Assembly (NCBI GenBank): GCA_029261195.1
Contig: JAJDBU010000036.1
Span: 6,087 to 70,086, forward strand
Reading direction: 5' to 3'
From: Nitrospirota bacterium
GTDB lineage: Bacteria; Nitrospirota; Nitrospiria; SBBL01; JAADHI01
DNA: 64,000 nt
A model generated the notes under the pieces. That model had not been told where the DNA came from and did not search any database. It saw nothing but the letters and a program-made list of their open reading frames with translations. Shown one piece after another: positions 62,341 through 64,000 of this stretch. Position 1 is the stretch's first letter. Every line of letters begins with the position of its first letter. Position numbers and translations under genes: made by a program.

Positions 62341-62645
62341 CCGCTTCCTCCTTTTTTGTTACGCTTAATATCGGCTTGGCTGTTTGTCTCTTTCGCCGCC
62401 ATATCCGCCAGCGCTTGCACGGTGATGGGAGGCGATTGCTCGCCCCCCTTTGTTCCCACTGCCCGTTTGATTGCGTAGACCAGAGTGTCCCCCCTCCGGA
62501 CAGGCTCTTCCATGACCGCCTGCGACAATTCCGGATAAACGGCGGTGTAGAAGTGTTTAACGTCCTCTGGATTCATCGTTGGATCCGGATCGTTCAGACG
62601 CATACCGCTGTATTCAAAGATTCGTTCAATCAGTCGTTTTTCCAT
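62238..62645 (-). CDS. Small ubiquitin-like candidate (PRTRC protein C-type) with C-terminal extension
   Basis: This is ORF 62238..62660 trimmed to ATG 62645, which sits 4 nt after AGGAGG. The first 68 aa end ...LVYAIKRAVGTKGG, and 67 further residues follow. The tail overlaps the next gene by 103 nt. Confidence 0.6.
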   Translation of the reverse strand: MEKRLIERIFEYSGMRLNDPDPTMNPEDVKHFYTAVYPELSQAVMEEPVRRGDTLVYAIKRAVGTKGGEQSPPITVQALADMAAKETNSQADIKRNKKGGSGCPHRLLTQLFGGQNQNGQTGEVVLPSERLPLLH

Positions 62646-62668
62646 TTTTCCTCCTGACAAGTGAATGC

Positions 62669-63070
62669 TTATTGAAAGAGACTGAAGTCTTTTGACTCCG
62701 GTTTTGTTTCGGTTTCTTCCTTCGCATTTGGTTTATCTTTTGTTCGATCGGGCGTCTTTTCTGTTGTTGATATCGCCTTTTTGATCGCCTCTTGTTTGGC
62801 AAGAAAGGCGCGTTGCAACATTCCTTCGGTTGTGCCGGTTTCTTCCAACATCCGCATAAAGTCATTGTTTAATTCTTCCGGCGTCCCTTCCAGGACCATT
62901 GGCACGCGGGCTTGTTGGTAGTCCTCTTTTTTCTGTCCCTTCAATGTGTCAATCGCCGGGTAGATCGGCTGGACCAGAACGACCAGATGGGCGTTTCGGC
63001 CTGCTGTGATTGTGAATGAGATCTTGCCTTGCGGGGGGATGAGTGATGCAATTTTGTTAAAGTCGAACAT
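62669..63070 (-). CDS. PRTRC protein E-type (133 aa, acidic/lysine-rich tail)
   Basis: The sequence reads MFDFNKIASLIPPQGKISFTITAG...MVLEGTPEELNNDFMRMLEE. It is assigned by its position between the ParB-like and Ubl genes. Confidence 0.5.
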   Translation of the reverse strand: MFDFNKIASLIPPQGKISFTITAGRNAHLVVLVQPIYPAIDTLKGQKKEDYQQARVPMVLEGTPEELNNDFMRMLEETGTTEGMLQRAFLAKQEAIKKAISTTEKTPDRTKDKPNAKEETETKPESKDFSLFQ

Positions 63071-63117
63071 TTGTGATCTCCATTGTTATTGTGGTGGAAC
63101 AAAATGACGGGAGGGCC

Positions 63118-64000
63118 TTAAGAAAGGCTGAGTGTTTCCGGATGAAGCCATTTCGGGAGCTTCGTTCCAGAAATGACGCAATTCAATACCCCTTCGATCA
63201 GCTTCTTTTTGGGCTGGTTTGCCAGTTTTTTGATCGACAAGCCCTTGTGCTTGGGTGAGTTGTCGAGGTCAATTTCCTTGGCCGTGGCCTCAATCTCTCT
63301 TTTGGTCAAAAGTTCAAGATAGGCCTTGTCCAGAGAGAAAAGGTCCTCGGGATGTTTCTTCAGATCGACAAAGAGCATCTGTTCGACTGTCTCAAGACTG
63401 AGCTTCGGAATCACCCGGGTCGCCATACGGCCAGCGAGAGGAAAAAGAGCCTCAATGTTCTGAGGCCTTGTTCCTGCCAGTAGGCGGATTTCGAGGGAAT
63501 TACCTTGGTTAGTCGCAGCGCTGTCCAATTTTTTCATTAACGAATCAGATGAGAAATCCCTGAGCCATGCAGCATTTGCCATCGCGATCATGGCAAGCCG
63601 GAGCGCATTTTCATGCGTCCCGGTAAACGCTTTCATTAGATAGTCATCATATTGTTTCCTCTTGTACTCCTTGACCCGCTGTGGGACATTTGCGGTGCTC
63701 ATTTTTTCCGGATCACCACTATTACTCTTCCCTGTCTTTCTTGAGGAAGCATCTGGTGTCCTTTGGGAATCAAGCGTTTCCTGACGTCCATTCGAAGAAA
63801 CAGAAGTCTCTTTTTCAGCATTCTCCGCCCGAAAGGCGGCGGCGCGTTCCTGATAACAGGCCTGCTTTGTACAGATGTTCTGTTTGAGCAGATGACCCAT
63901 GTTGGAAATGAAGACCACCAGGAATTGGCAGCTCTGGCAGTCAGACAAGTTGCTTTCCCCTAACTCCGCTTTGTTGTGTATGACGGACTGAGTCGGATTG
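63118..64000 (-). CDS. ParB-related protein (PRTRC ParB family), 5' end beyond window
   Basis: The ORF track starts it at TTG 63948. My translation shows the frame stays open to nt 64000 (...NPTQSVIHNKAELGESNLSDCQSCQ...). Only the C-terminal helical part is visible, so the ParB call is contextual. Confidence 0.45.
   Translation of the reverse strand, partial: NPTQSVIHNKAELGESNLSDCQSCQFLVVFISNMGHLLKQNICTKQACYQERAAAFRAENAEKETSVSSNGRQETLDSQRTPDASSRKTGKSNSGDPEKMSTANVPQRVKEYKRKQYDDYLMKAFTGTHENALRLAMIAMANAAWLRDFSSDSLMKKLDSAATNQGNSLEIRLLAGTRPQNIEALFPLAGRMATRVIPKLSLETVEQMLFVDLKKHPEDLFSLDKAYLELLTKREIEATAKEIDLDNSPKHKGLSIKKLANQPKKKLIEGVLNCVISGTKLPKWLHPETLSLS

Overview
This 64-kb window is a piece of a conjugative element, either a plasmid or an ICE. 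No integrase or att site is visible in the window. All family calls come from reading the supplied translations and my own hand translations. No homology search was run, and GC values are by-eye estimates.

Backbone, about 48-50% GC, at both ends:
- Left, 1-16.3 kb. An F-type (MPF-F) T4SS operon lies on the minus strand in the order ompA-like, dsbC-like, pilin, traL, traE, traK, traB, traV, traC, traN, traW. traW runs off the window. A divergent plus-strand operon carries a degenerate coupling-protein-like gene, a VirD4/TraD-type coupling protein, a DnaG-type primase and a Replic_Relax-type protein.
- Right, 52.3-64 kb. It carries a RecD2-like helicase, a 1279-aa SNF2-like helicase, and a PRTRC-type cassette (ParB-like, Ubl, E1/ThiF-like, JAB, plus three more proteins).

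Between the two backbone arms sits a mosaic cargo of about 36 kb (16.3-52.2 kb) with repeated GC shifts. In order it contains:
- an AlbA_2/Schlafen-like gene plus a type I R-M operon (hsdRMS);
- a TVP38 membrane protein and an HU protein;
- an Ssp-like DNA phosphorothioation module (small RHH, DUF4007/SspB-like, 1168-aa ATPase, PAPS-reductase-like) with no cysteine desulfurase, followed by a low-GC three-gene DptFGH/SspFGH-like module;
- an internally deleted IS30 derivative that abuts the 3' end of the 1727-aa gene;
- a large SAM methyltransferase and a CWC protein;
- an orphan brxA with a possible brxB stub;
- an exonuclease gene fragment and a frameshifted serine recombinase;
- a Cap4-nuclease-type Lamassu (DdmABC-like) system;
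- three uncharacterised low-GC genes.

The best candidates for undescribed biology are:
- the PRTRC Ub-like cassette, whose Ubl has an internal GTKGG followed by a long tail;
- the unannotatable two-gene module at 48.9-50.5 kb, which ends in a 47-bp palindrome;
- the AlbA_2 gene riding on the type I R-M operon;
- the hybrid Ssp/FGH arrangement.
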